From Heteronotia binoei (Eukaryota): a stretch of 64,000 nucleotides of DNA. The stretch lies in the NCBI RefSeq assembly GCF_032191835.1, contig NC_083224.1:75206001-75270000 (forward strand). The letters run 5' to 3'. Under the pieces are notes generated by a model. The model had not been told where the DNA came from and made no database searches. It worked only from the letters and a program-made list of their open reading frames with translations. Every line of letters starts with the position of its first letter. Positions within the stretch are counted from its first letter, which is position 1. This document shows, in pieces, positions 36,526 through 48,325 of the stretch. A program made the position numbers and the translations under genes.

Positions 36526-38384
36526 GTTTAATCTGCCTTGAATCCAAGTGATAAAAGCACCCTATAAATAATGTAAATAAATAAATAAACTCTGCCCACA
36601 AATAAATAAAAGTCTGCTCACTGGCTCTACCTACAATGTTTTATTTTAAATCTCATTTATAATATTGATCTTTGGCTCTTGGAGGTTTTCATATGTGATT
36701 TGATTTTGGGAATACTCCTTTTTGTTTCAAACTGGGCATAAATATTTTGCTGTTGTTGAAGAATAGATAGCCATGTTGTGAGAGATGGTGCAGTTGTAGA
36801 TCAGTCAGGCTGACATCTATTGATCAGGAGATATACCAGAAAGGCATACCTTGCTATGCTGAGACTGCAGATGGTTTGCTAACAGAAAAGAGTGTTAGCA
36901 AGTTTGATGGTACAATCTTGATGTAGTGTATTCTTTTTTTATTTCAGAAAAAAATTGACTGCCCCTATTGCTTATTGGGTCTTAAGTTATTACTCTGTTT
37001 ACAGTGATGTTCAGTGACTCTAAGCGCTCATTTGCCAAATGAGGAAAGATTATAAAAATGAATGTTCATAGCAGGGTGCTTTGGTGATGATGGCTTCTTT
37101 GCTTCCTTAGGTTGAAATCCTAAACATTCCAATGTGGAAGTAATTCCATTTGAAGCACTGGAACTCTTCCAACACAAATATTTGGCTTAATAGATGTATT
37201 TTTAAAAAATGTTTATGCTCCCTGAATGTATGTAACTGTTATTCCCAGGGGGAATGCCTGAGTTATCAAACAACTCTGAAGGCTTGAGTTGTCTTTACCT
37301 GCCCTTAGTTGGTGCCGAAAACAATACATCTGGTTGAAGGGAAGGGCTAGCCATACTTTTAACCTCAAATTAAAGAGGAAGGGGTAGGAAGGAAGACTTA
37401 AGAGGATGAGTTCAGTTGGCAGGCAGATACACATATGGAAACAAGCAGTCCTCTGTACCTTGTTCCCAAACCCAGTTTCTCTGGACTTTGATGTGAAGTG
37501 TCAGTATAGTGAGCCTGTCTCCTTTTGCTATAAAAATTGTGAGTTTTCTTAACTGTTTCTGTTATGAATAGGTGTTTTGGCATATTGAATTAAAACATCA
37601 ACGAGCATTATAAATGTTGAAGTTACGGTATGAACAGTGAAAGTAACACCTCTTCCCATTCTGCTTCTAAACTCTTGAAAACAAACAAATGCTGGAGAGT
37701 TCTAACTGTGAAGGCCTGGATATTTATTTGTTTATTTATTTTTATCCTGTCCTCCTTCCAGTGAGACCAAGGTGGCATACATCATTCTCCACTCCTCCAG
37801 TTAATCTTCAGAATCACCCTGCCTGATAGTTTAGGCTGAGAGGCAGAGACTGACCTAGATTGCTAACCTGCCTCATGAGGTTATTGTGCAGATCAAGAGG
37901 AGAGGAGAATGATGTAAAGCTGCTTTGGTCCCCACTGCGGAGAAAGACTGTACTTTTCCTATGTAGAGGCTGCAGAGAGGGGGGAGGAGTTGAAAGCAAT
38001 CTACCTCATCTATTTTGCCCCCCCATCCCTTCTTTCTCAATCAATGCCCCTCCTCTAATAACCTACCCCACATTCCCACATTTTCTCCATTTCTCTTCCC
38101 AAAAGCTTCCTTCTCAACATACCTTCCCTCTATCTTTCCTGTCCCTCCTCAGCCCCACCCCCTGACAATGCCATGACACTCACCCACAGCAAATTTCTAG
38201 TGCCCATTGTATTTCTCCTCACAACAGGCCTTACTACTAGTAAATATACTAATTCGCCTAAACTAGAGCTTGTAAAGCAGCCACTGTCATTTATAGTACA
38301 TTGGTAGAGATGGAAGATAAGTAATTTGCAAGTAATTTAATGGCAGATCCGACAGTTGCTTGTTCATAATATAGTGTGTGTTGT

Positions 38385-38530
38385 GTGTCGTCACTTCTAA
38401 CTTATGGTGACCCCATGAATTAATGACTTCCAAAATGTTCTATCATTAACAGTCTTACTCAGGTCTTTCAAACTGAGGGCCATGGCATTCTTGATTGAGT
38501 CAATCCATCTCATATCGTGTCTTCCTCTTT
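38385..38530 (-). mobile_element. BovB 3' fragment
   Basis: Reverse complement resembles BovB 3' coding end and UTR (ttgattgagtcaatccatctcat...cttcctc). Confidence 0.55.
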
Positions 38531-38571
38531 TTTTTCTTCTTTAAACATTTCCTAGCATTTTTTTAAAATTT

Positions 38572-38853
38572 AGAGTGCTGAGTTGCAGTACTGCAGTCCA
38601 AGCTCTGCTCACAATCTGAGTTTGATCCCAGCGGAAACTGGGCTCAGGTAGCTGGCTCAAGGTTGACTCAGCCTTCCATCCTTCCAAGGTCGGTAAAATG
38701 AGTACCTAGCTTGCTGGGGGTAAAGTGTAGATTACTGGGGAAGGCAATGGCACACCACCCCCTAAAAAGTCTGCCAGGAAAACGTCATGATGTGATGTCA
38801 CCGCATGGGTCAGTAACGACTCGGTGCTTGCGCAGAGGGCTACCTTTACCTTT
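38572..38853 (+). mobile_element. Sauria SINE
   Basis: gagttgcagtactgcagtcc...ggttgactcagccttccatcc...ggggaaggcaatggc...acctttaccttt tail. Confidence 0.85.
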
Positions 38854-40099
38854 TTTTACGTTACATACATATCACCCCACAAAAAAAAATGGAAATTTAC
38901 TGGGATGTGGAGTAAAATTTAAAAGTAAGGATTGTAAGAACAGGGATGTATACAATCAAGAGAAAGATCAACACACAATGAGGGCAAGAAAGGTCAGGTG
39001 TGCTCAGAAAATGGCCCCCACCAAATGGTTTGGAATCCATCCCATACCACATGAGAGGGACCTCTTCCACACCCTCCTTCCCTGAAATACCTGGGACCTG
39101 CCAGCAAGAGTAAAAAACCTCAAAATTAACAGATAAACTAAGGGAGGAAAAGGAAGATGCCAAAGCTGTGGGCTCACCATCCCAAATTCATATACAGACT
39201 TGGGGGGGGGAGGGGGAGGAAAAAGCCAAGGCAAAGGGCTTACCTTCCCAAAGACACTTCACATATTAAAATGACAGTTTTATTGCTAACTATATAATAA
39301 CATTTCTATTGCTAACTATATAATATCATTTCTGTTAACTGACTGTATTCATGGCTGGCACCTTTTTGATTTGATTTTTTCCCCTTAACAACCACAAATC
39401 TGGATACAGAGCTTGAATATTTCCACTAAAACATTACTATCTACTCTTATCTTCTGTGTCTTTGTATTCCCGAGTCAATTTCTGCTTTGTTTAGTTCTTA
39501 ATATGTTCCAATTCCTATTCTTCTAATGCTTCCCCAGAAGGGTTATGCTGGATTTTATTGTTTCTTACCCATTCTTCCTGCCATGCTATAATCTTCATAG
39601 CCTCCCTGCACCTCTCAGCCTTCAATTTTCTCTTCATTGTGTCATGACTTTCCAGACTAAGCTGTTGTTCAAGAACCACAGGTATCTCTTCTGAGATCTG
39701 TGTCGGCCCCTTAGCTTCCAGATTCTCTTGCAGTTCGTCCACCTCTGAAGATATTGCAGGAGTCACCAAACTCCCATCAGGTTGCTCCTTCAGCTCCTCT
39801 TCCATGCTAGATTCTTCCTTGTTCTGAGCTATGGCCCTAGCCATTGTCTGCTCATCTGAGGCTCTACCAGACCTGCCTGGAGAAATCACCAACTCAGAAA
39901 AATGGAGTGGTTTTGAGGATCTTTTTTAGCATTAGAGGACGAATACTCCAATATTGTAAATATTCTGTGAGCTGTAATTCCAAAAAGTCAAGGCAACTTT
40001 CCATTCTCAATAGCATCAAGGGAACTGTTGGGCAAGCAACTTTGCCCTTTCATCACACCCTCTCCAGCCTAGAAACAGCAGCTCTCCAGCAGCCCTGGC

Positions 40100-40291
40100 C
40101 CCACTCAATGCACAGCAGCCAAGAAGGTCAGAGCGCCTGCTCCGGCTGCAACACCACTGAGGATGTTCTCCGCAGCTGAGAACGAAACGTCTGGAAGGAA
40201 AACTTTCTCCAGTAGAACACGGCACTTGAACCTGAAAGATTCTACAAACCCTAATGATGTTACCAGCCGTGAAAACCTGAAATCTTTGATT
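40100..40291 (+). mobile_element. Penelope-like element 3' / pLTR fragment carrying the hammerhead
   Basis: HHR core followed by ccagtagaacacggcacttgaacctgaaagattctacaaaccctaatgatgttaccagccgtgaaaacctgaaatctttgat, which is shared with 41235-41316. The 5' boundary is uncertain. Confidence 0.7.
40154..40194 (+). ncRNA. Minimal type-I hammerhead ribozyme motif in a Penelope-like element
   Basis: CCA-CTGAGGA-T-GTTCTC(CGCAGCT)GAGAAC-GAAA-CG-TC-TGG: CUGANGA and GAAA core, 6-bp stem II, 3-bp stem I (CCA/UGG), palindromic ACGU in place of stem III, and a GUC cleavage triplet. Confidence 0.75.
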
Positions 40292-40429
40292 ACTTAGGAT
40301 AGCAGGAGAAAATGATTTTTAGGCTTAGATCTACTGGAGTGGGAACTAAATTTGGACAGTGATTTTTGGCAAACTCCTATTCAGCCGTTTCCTCAGCCCT
40401 TTTCTTTCTTCCCTTCCATGGCTCCCCAG

Positions 40430-40501
40430 TGGACTTTGCTCTGAAGGTGGTACAGTGGTCAGAGTCTGAGACCGTGAGGCTACAGCTATGGGATATTGCA
40501 G
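40430..40501 (+). CDS. RAB29: RAB29 coding exon 2
   Basis: ccccag|TG GAC...GCA G|gtgag; 72 nt; (V)DFALKVVQWSESETVRLQLWDIA(G). Confidence 0.96.
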
Positions 40502-41183
40502 GTGAGCTGCATGAAATTTCCTGGATCTTTATAGCATTGTACTGTAATGTACTATAATTATACTGCTTATTTGTCTTTTCCCTTCAGAAAAGCATAACTC
40601 TCAAGTGCTATTTCTATTGCTTTAAAAAAAGTCTGACATATTTAGCATTTACTCCTGCAAAAATAGGAGCTTTGGAAACCAAAGATTTGGTTAGAACATA
40701 ATTTAGCATTTTGGTTAGCAGTAAAGATACATCAGCTAAAAGATCAGAGCTTATTTATGATTTTTAGTGACCTGTTGTGTTGTCTACTTTTATTTCTATC
40801 TGTCTGTCACACCCACGGAACAAACTGGTGAATTTTGGCCAGACAGCAGTTGAAGCTTCTGGCATTCCCTATTTACAGTTTCATCTATTACTAACTGGAA
40901 GTGGCTTGTCTCTAGTATAATTGATAGCATGACTAATGCATTGGTGATTTTGGTTGTCTTCCTGCCACCTTCACTAACAAGGACACAAGCCTGTCTCACA
41001 GGGTTTTCACAGTCCTGCCTCTGAGACTGACCATGTGAGAAGGGATAGGAATAGGTAATTATTGCTGAAGGATGAACTCCTCTAGTCTTGAATTGCAAAC
41101 AGTTTTGTCACCCTTATGCATTTCTTCCAGCATATTTGATTTAAAGAAGGGGATGTACTAGTGCTCATCTATGATAATAAAAG

Positions 41184-41316
41184 CATTAGGGTTTGTAGAA
41201 TCTTTCAGGATCAAGTGCCGTGTTCTACCGTGTTCCAGTAGAACACGGCACTTGATCCCGAAAGATTCTACAAACCCTAATGATGTTACCAGCTGTGAAA
41301 ACCTGAAATCTTTGAT
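41184..41316 (+). mobile_element. Short Penelope-like insertion with an inverted 5' segment
   Basis: 45-bp inverted repeat (41184-41228 and 41238-41282) flanked by the direct repeat TGATAATAAAAGCATT (41172-41187 and 41313-41328). Confidence 0.8.
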
Positions 41317-41540
41317 AATAAAAGCATTGTTAAAATTGCTTCATTTTGATGAAAAAATTGCCATTTCTTTACGCTTTTCCAATACAAATAAGTGCAATTT
41401 AAAAACTGCTCATAATATATTTGATATAAATTATGAGATGATTTTTACCAGCAAAGGAGCTCACTGAGCCAAGTGTCAAAACTTGCATATTGAGCCCAAT
41501 GTTCAAATTTTGATCCCATCACTCACAGTCACTTTGGTAA

Positions 41541-41767
41541 CTGTTTGGTGTAGTAGATAAGAGTGCAGACTCTAATCTGGGAGAGCTGGGTTTGATTCCC
41601 CTTCCTCTACATGCATCTGTTGAGTGACCTTGAAAGAGCTGTTTCTCAAGAGCAGTTTTAAAAAGAGCTCTCTCAGCCCTACCTACCTCACAGAGTGTCT
41701 GTTGTGGAGAGAGGGAGGGAGACTCCAAGTGAAGAGCAGGGTATAAATCCAATCTCTTATTCTTTTC
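41541..41767 (+). mobile_element. Squam3-like tRNA-derived SINE
   Basis: A-box-like tttggtgtagtagataagag, B-box-like gggtttgattcccc, ctacctcacag core and (TCTT) tail. Further copies at about 1470-1625, 10985-11190, 37725-37870, 42993-43300, 59205-59395 and 59960-60190. Confidence 0.72.
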
Positions 41768-43560
41768 TGTAATCCTGACCATCTGGACTTGCAAAAGGGA
41801 AGCAGAGGAAATCAGTCCCTCTGTCTGATAGATTCTGTCTGCTGCTTCTTGATGGCTGGATGAGTCATATTGAATTGGAGCACTCCAGAACACATTGCCA
41901 GTGCCTTGTTGACATGATCTGAAGCAACAAAAGATACACTCACTCTACCTATTTGCAAGGCATGCTGTTCCCATTTTAGCCAGGTAACGTAGGTAAAATT
42001 TTGCCTTGCCATTTATGTCTGCTCGTGTTCTCTTAAATAAACTGGCTTGTTCACCCAAAAGGAAAACCTTTTTTCCACATATGCCATTAAGAAAGATCTT
42101 AAAATGGCATGCAAGTTACAGTTATGTACAATAATAAAACCGTTGTGTATAAAAACTTTTTTTAGGGAGATCATCTTACTTTCAGGGTTGTCTCCCTGTT
42201 AGGTAAATGCAGTACCTTAAGCAGTGGTGATTTAGATCTCATGTTGGGACAGGTAGGTGTGGAGCCTGGGTCTTAAAATAGTTAATTCCATCGTTGTGTT
42301 TATTTTGGTGTGTCTTCATTGTCCCTAACAAGTTTGGTGATGGCAGTTGTTAAATATAAGTCCTTGGTGTGAGTATTTTAGTGCTGGGAAATGAAAAGAA
42401 GGGAAAGGGGGAGAGGAAACACTCATCTCTATGACATAATTTTTGTGAACTTACTTTGTCCTACCTGTAGTGCATTTTATGCAATCTCTGGTGTAAATCC
42501 TGGAAAAGAACATTCCTGGAACACCCTGAAGATTGCTGCTGGTAATGGGTGTTGCAGTTAATGCTTATTAAGGGGTGTATGTGTGTTCTCTCATTGCACA
42601 GCCAAACCTTTGTTTGCTGGTTAAACCTTAACGATTTTTAATGCCAAAGAGAGAATCTGCTTGACTTGTTTCTTCAGCAGTTGGGAGTCAGAGGTGAAAA
42701 CAGCAAGTGAAAACTTTGGCTACATGGGGATTTCTCTTCCTCTCATCCACATCTCTCTTGCTTCTCAGTGAGAATGACTGATACTCAAAGCCCTGTATTC
42801 AACGTGACTTTCAGACTATGAGTCTGGCTTCCCTAGCAAAAGCACCAATAGTGTCCAGGGAGGCATATGCAGCTTTCTGAATCAGATGGACCAGTTCAGA
42901 AAATCTCCAACCTGTGTGGGTTAACTTTTGTGTTTGGAGTGAGCAGGGCAATGTTAGTGACAAGATTTATTTCTGCTTTATTTCACCTTTGATTATTTAT
43001 TAAGGTATCCATACCCTGCATTTCTCTCACATGTGACACAAAGCAATTTCCAACATTATTATCCCTGCCTCCATTTTATCCTCATAACAGACCTGTGAGG
43101 TTGTTCGTGTTCTCTTTTGTAACTGCCAGTGACTATACACAATAAATTTTTGACTGACTGACCTGTGAGGTAGGCTAGGCTGAGAGTGTGTGGCTGGCCC
43201 AAAGTCACCCAGCAAGCTTCTGTGACAGAGTTAAGGTTTCAACCTGGGACTCCCAGAGCCTGGTTTGTCACTCGAACCACCATTGTATGCTGGCTCTATC
43301 ACAGGCACTTCAAATGTTAAGGCTTGAAGCATACCATAAGGCCATTTTAAGCCACCCTTTTTCCTCCTTTTTCTTCATTTTCCTTGCCACCAAGCAGCAA
43401 ATAGGAATGAAGCCACTGGCATTATAAGGCTGTGTATGTTTTGTCTTGTCTTGGTTCTCATTTTTGTATTTGTGGAGGCTATGAAGACTACCTGAATTAT
43501 ATGGGCCACTAGGGATGGAGTTTGAGAAGATAACAATAAACCTCCACTTTCCACTTCCAG

Positions 43561-43742
43561 GTCAAGAGCGCTTCACGTCCATGACTCGGCTGTACTACAG
43601 AGAGGCATCAGCCTGCATTATCATGTTTGACGTCACCAGCATTAACACCTTCACCAGCTGCCAGAAATGGAAGCAGGATTTGGACAGCAAGCTGAAGCTG
43701 CCAGATGGAAACCCTGTCCCTTGCTTGCTACTGGCTAATAAA
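43561..43742 (+). CDS. RAB29: RAB29 coding exon 3
   Basis: cttccag|GT CAA...AAT AAA|gtgag; 182 nt; QERFTSMTRLYYREASACIIMFDVTSINTFTSCQKWKQDLDSKLKLPDGNPVPCLLLANK. The FTSM switch-II motif (LRRK2 phosphosite T71/S72 in human) is retained. Confidence 0.96.
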
Positions 43743-46491
43743 GTGAGGGAGTGCAGACTGGGTAGCTCCATCCTTTCTGCTAGGCAACTATAAGTGGCTA
43801 ACAAGGGCAACTGAGGGTGGAGGGCAGGGGAAAATGCCACAATGCTTTTGTTCCAGCAGCAAATGTAAGGGATTTAATTTTCGTAGTGACTTTTTTGTGC
43901 ATTTATTTTTTGCTGCTCAGAAACAGAAAACAGACAAAGAGGTGATGGTGGCCCCATTTAACTAAACAAGCAGTGAGTTTCCATGGCCAAGAAACTTGGT
44001 TTGTTGTTTTGTGAGAAACAACAGCATCTTCTAGGGCTTATCGGGAAATGCAGAGTTTGTTGGCAGGGGTGGTCTGTAGGAAAAGGTGGGGGGTGAGCAA
44101 AACAGAGTCTGCTGCAAAGGCAAGGATGAACTTATAAAAGATGGCTTACAATTGCCTAGTCTAGTTCCTCCATTTTAGCCCACTGGTGTTAGGGTGAATA
44201 TTTGCTCTATACAGTCTTCTCTTCCTTTCCCCATCTTGTCCTGGAGCATCAAGTAGTACCATACCTAGAGGTAAAATGTTGAGAAGATGGATTTACATCT
44301 TGGTCCAAAGTAATTTCTTTACTGTAACCTTTTGGGAAGGCTTGATAAACAGGCTTTCCCTATGCTGAAGGTTTCACTGCCACATTAGGTTGAAAAGGAG
44401 CTTTCCTGCTTGACCTGACTGGTTGACAACCTGGAGCAAAAGTGGCTTTTCCCTGGCTCGCTGGCTTGACTCACTGGCTTAGGTGGTATTTGTGCGAAAG
44501 GGGCATGCTGCAGCAGTTATTGTATCTCCACCTAGATGCTAGCTCCTCTTTCCTATGTGTGGGCAATCAGTGACAGCAAAGAGCCCCAGCTTCTGGATGA
44601 TGGGTGAACATTTGTTCCCCCCTCCCATCCAGGACACCTCCTTTTCCTGAGGGGTGGAACTGTTGCTCCCCATTCCAGTGGCAGTAAGAATGGACAAGCA
44701 CTGATGGCATGCTCACTTGTCTAGGTGAGCAAGGTAGTGATTGGCGGCAGCAGCCTGCTCCTGACCTGAGGGAGAAGGGAGGTAACCAGTTGCTTACTTT
44801 TCCCCTGTGGGTGGCAGGATAATTATCACCACTACATATTTGAGCTTACAGGGTCATGGACATCACGTGGTCCTAACAGGGCCAATCCCTCCACTGCTGT
44901 ACAATAAAAAGGGGCAGATACCCATGGTGCCACAGAAGGCCAATAGGCTGGCAGGGGCTCTTGGGCTTTGAGGCTGCCTGTCAGTGCTAACCCCAGTTAC
45001 CAGTGGGGGTGTCCCTGGTATTTTGCAGCCCTTGAACTAGTTTGACTGGAGGTAAGATCTGTTCTTTTTGTAACTATTGCTTGCTGTTCCTTCCCTGTGA
45101 TTTGTGGCTGAGATGTGTGCTGGGGGATCCCTAGCTCATTGCTTATATGCATAGCCAGCATGGTACTGCTGCAGATTTGAAAAGGGGATTATGATTCCCA
45201 CTCCTTAATCTAGTGGAGATAAATGGGGCTCAACTCCACTAGTTGGGTCTGGAATGCTGAGCAAATTCACTTCATATCAAAGGTTTTTTTTTTTTTTTAA
45301 GGCTGCCTTCATACTCCTGGATTTCCTGCAGGGCACTGCAGCAGTATGAAGTGTCCTACAAATCTTTTCTTAGTTTATTTAGAAACAAAGAAAGAAATGA
45401 GCTCCAGAAAACAGGTTTCTTTTAATGGTTTACATTGCGTGATGCAAATGTATGCTATTTTGAAGTTCCGCTTGATTAGGGTTATCTGTCTGCTTCAACA
45501 TAATTGGCTCTTATTAGGAGAATGGCAAAGGAGGGAGAGGGAATGATACCCCTTCCATTTCCTTTTCAGAATGCGGGGGAAGCACTTTATAGCGGCATTT
45601 AACAAAATTACACCAAGAAAATTGGATCAGAATGTAAGCAGCAAGTCCCTGTATATTGCTATTGCAAGGTGGTGTTTTAGGAAGTAAATTTCTATATGAT
45701 ATGATGATGCAGACAGCAAAGGATGACAAAACATCTAGTGAAATAAGTTTTTATCAACAAACATGGCTTAAAAGCACCAAAAAATTAATTAAAGATTGTT
45801 AAATGTCTACAGCTACATTGATTTTAGTTTCCCTCATGAAACCACCTCTCTTTGACATGTGTGGTAATATTCTTCCCTGTTGTTTATTCTGCCATACTTT
45901 TTTGCTAAGCCAAACCAGTCTATTTAGTTCTGTTTTGGCTTTTGTTATTATGGGGAAAAGTTTTGTACTTTTATTAGTATTCTTCAAAATTTAATCTTTT
46001 TTGTTTGTTCAAACCTGTAAAGTAATAACTGCTCAGATTGTGAGCTGTGCAAAATCCTCAAAAGGCTGGTTGTACTTTAAAATCCCCAGGGAATTGTGCA
46101 GTACCCAGACTAGTTCCAGAAGCTCCCAAGGCCTGGGAGTAAGAAAGCTACATAGTCCTGGAGTTTGCCTGATCAATAATGAGGAATCAGTTGATCTAAA
46201 ACTAAAGGAACATCCTTTCTAAGACCTCTCCCTCAAGCCATGTGACTGCAGGGAAGGGTGGGCTAGTGCCATCACCCCCAAGATTCTTCCTGAAAACATG
46301 GCATTCTCTGATGTCATGGAGGAAATAGAGATCTCCAGATGGGTGCAGGCACTTGTACTATCCCCAAAGGACTAAAATTGAGACACTGAATTGGCAATGA
46401 AGCACATTATCCAAATCTGTCTTGACCTCAGTGAAATTCCTTTTGAACTGTGAAAACTTGACTGTAGACTGCGGCAGTGATATGTTCTGAC

Positions 46492-46685
46492 CAGTGTTCC
46501 CTCTAAACTTAGTTAGTTTGAGCTAGCTCACAAATTTTTAGCCTCCGGCTCACACATTTTTGTCTTAGCTCAGGAAGAATGACCCCAGAGCACACTAATT
46601 TATGCAGTAACTCACAACTTTCATGCCAGTACCTCACAAAGTAGAATTTTTGCTCACAAGACTTTGCAGCTTTGAGGAAACATTG
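46492..46685. mobile_element. hAT MITE in RAB29 intron 3
   Basis: CAGTGTTCCCTCTAA...TTTGAGGAAACATTG termini; perfect 8-bp TSD GTTCTGAC (46484-46491 and 46686-46693). Confidence 0.9.
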
Positions 46686-46869
46686 GTTCTGACCCACCAC
46701 TTACCTTGCCAGTTTAAGCTGCAGCTGCCTTGTTTTATAATCAGAATGCGAGGGGTTGATGCCTTGCTGTATGTAGCCTTGTGACTATGACTATGACAGG
46801 AAAAAGACATATTGTTGCTTGTTAGCAGTTTTAAAGATAAGTTGAGTGTTCCTGAATTTTCTTTTCCAG

Positions 46870-46991
46870 TGTGACCTTTCTCCATGGGGTGTGTCAAGAG
46901 AAGAAATTGATCGCTTCAGTAAAGAGAATGCTTTTACCGGGTGGACTGAAACATCTGTCAAGGAAAACAAAAATGTAAATGAATCTATGAG
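46870..46991 (+). CDS. RAB29: RAB29 coding exon 4
   Basis: ttccag|TGT...ATG AG|gtagg; 122 nt; CDLSPWGVSREEIDRFSKENAFTGWTETSVKENKNVNESM(R). Missed by the ORF track. Confidence 0.95.
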
Positions 46992-47725
46992 GTAGGAAAA
47001 GGAGATTTTAAAGAGTATTCTTTAAGCCACTGAGAAGCTACTTCTTATGCGTAACAAAGCCTGTACTTATTTGACAAGGGATATTTTCACTCTAATGTGA
47101 TGATGGCCTGGGGTTAGAGCAAGACTGATAATTGTATTATCAGAGTGATGCTTTGTAATGAGATGGCTGTCTTTGAGGTAATGGCCATGGTTTAGGGTGT
47201 AACAGTGGCTCTAGAAATTTGAGCTGTGGTGAGTAGTGACTGTAGATGAAGTCTGGAACAAACCTTCATCCCTTGTAGGCCCGAGAATGCAAGTGTGATT
47301 TTTGTTCAGTTTGCTATGGGTGCCATGTTAGCTTTGTGAGAACAGCTATCTTTAGATTTTTGTTTGGGACTTGATATGAGGAGCAAATTTCAGTTAATTG
47401 AGGCAGATGACCTCTCAGATCTTTGCTGCTTAAATATTTAGTAGGTCATACCAGGCATTTAAAGCAAAATCCATTGAGCATTTGTGGAAAATTAGTGTGA
47501 GACTTAAAAGGAAACTAGTTAGTAGCAGGGAGGATTGAGAAGGTGAAGCTGCAAAGCCAATGACAATTTTCAAGGTATAAACTATACCCACCAGCAGGAT
47601 GCTCCTGGTTTTAAACTTGCAAAGGTGCAGCATAAATAGTGCTGGAGTTCCATAATTACACAGTTATAGGTCTAAAGATATTCCTCTCCATTATGGAGAG
47701 GTTAAAGTGGCTTTGATGGTGCCAA

Positions 47726-48147
47726 GCCTCAGATTCAGCAGGCACTCACAGGAGCACAGCTCCTGAACCTCCCTCCCTACCTTTTCCAGCTGCATAACAA
47801 TCCCTGGATTAGGAAAGCAGGCAGCCAGCCAACCCCCAGGGGCTTTGCCAACTCCCAGCAGCCCTCATTAACCCCTGGAGAAGCCCATGCCATCCTTTCT
47901 CCACTTATGTGATTTTGGGCAGTAGGTGGCTTGCTGGCCTTTTGACCTGGGGGGGGCAGCCCAGGAGAGCCCCAGGCAAGCGAGGCCTGCTTGGGCTGGC
48001 TGGATCTCTAGCCAGCACAAGCAGGTCTTGCTTGCCTGGGGTGCTTCTTTCTTGCATTGGGTTGCTTTTGGCTGGTGGGGGGGCGGTACATGCTAATGAG
48101 TTATGCTAATGAGCTCTGCTACCTATTTTTCTACAAAACAACCCCTA
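47726..48147. mobile_element. Partial hAT-like non-autonomous element just upstream of the RAB29 last exon
   Basis: Ends atgctaatgagttatgctaatgagc...tttttctacaaaacaacccct; the terminus resembles the family at 55929; the other end was not identified. Confidence 0.5.
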
Positions 48148-48207
48148 GTTGGTGCCAAATGAATGCTGTCAATTCTTGCTCTGTAACTGAATTCTGTTGC
48201 TTCCTAG

Positions 48208-48325
48208 AGTTCTTATTGAGAAGATGATGACTATGTCATTGAATGATGGAGACTCCTCTGTTCCTGGCCATGGAGACTACATTAACCTGAAGGATGCATC
48301 CACACCCAACTGGGGATGCTGCTAA
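48208..48325 (+). CDS. RAB29: RAB29 terminal coding exon
   Basis: ttcctag|A GTT...TGC TGC TAA; 118 nt; VLIEKMMTMSLNDGDSSVPGHGDYINLKDASTPNWGCC*, ending in the CC prenylation motif. The CDS totals 618 nt (205 aa). Confidence 0.95.

Noticed and set aside
39281-39332. 26-bp tandem duplication, plus similar small ones near 5040, 25066, 28412 and 59100
   Set aside because: Ordinary slippage duplications with no spacer structure; not CRISPR-like and no functional motif affected.
41541-41600. tRNA-like A and B boxes
   Set aside because: They are SINE heads with no cloverleaf; no true tRNA gene was found.
47717-48158. TGGTGCCAA on both sides of the partial hAT element as a TSD
   Set aside because: The right copy is offset by 3 nt from the terminus and the left terminus is missing; may be chance.
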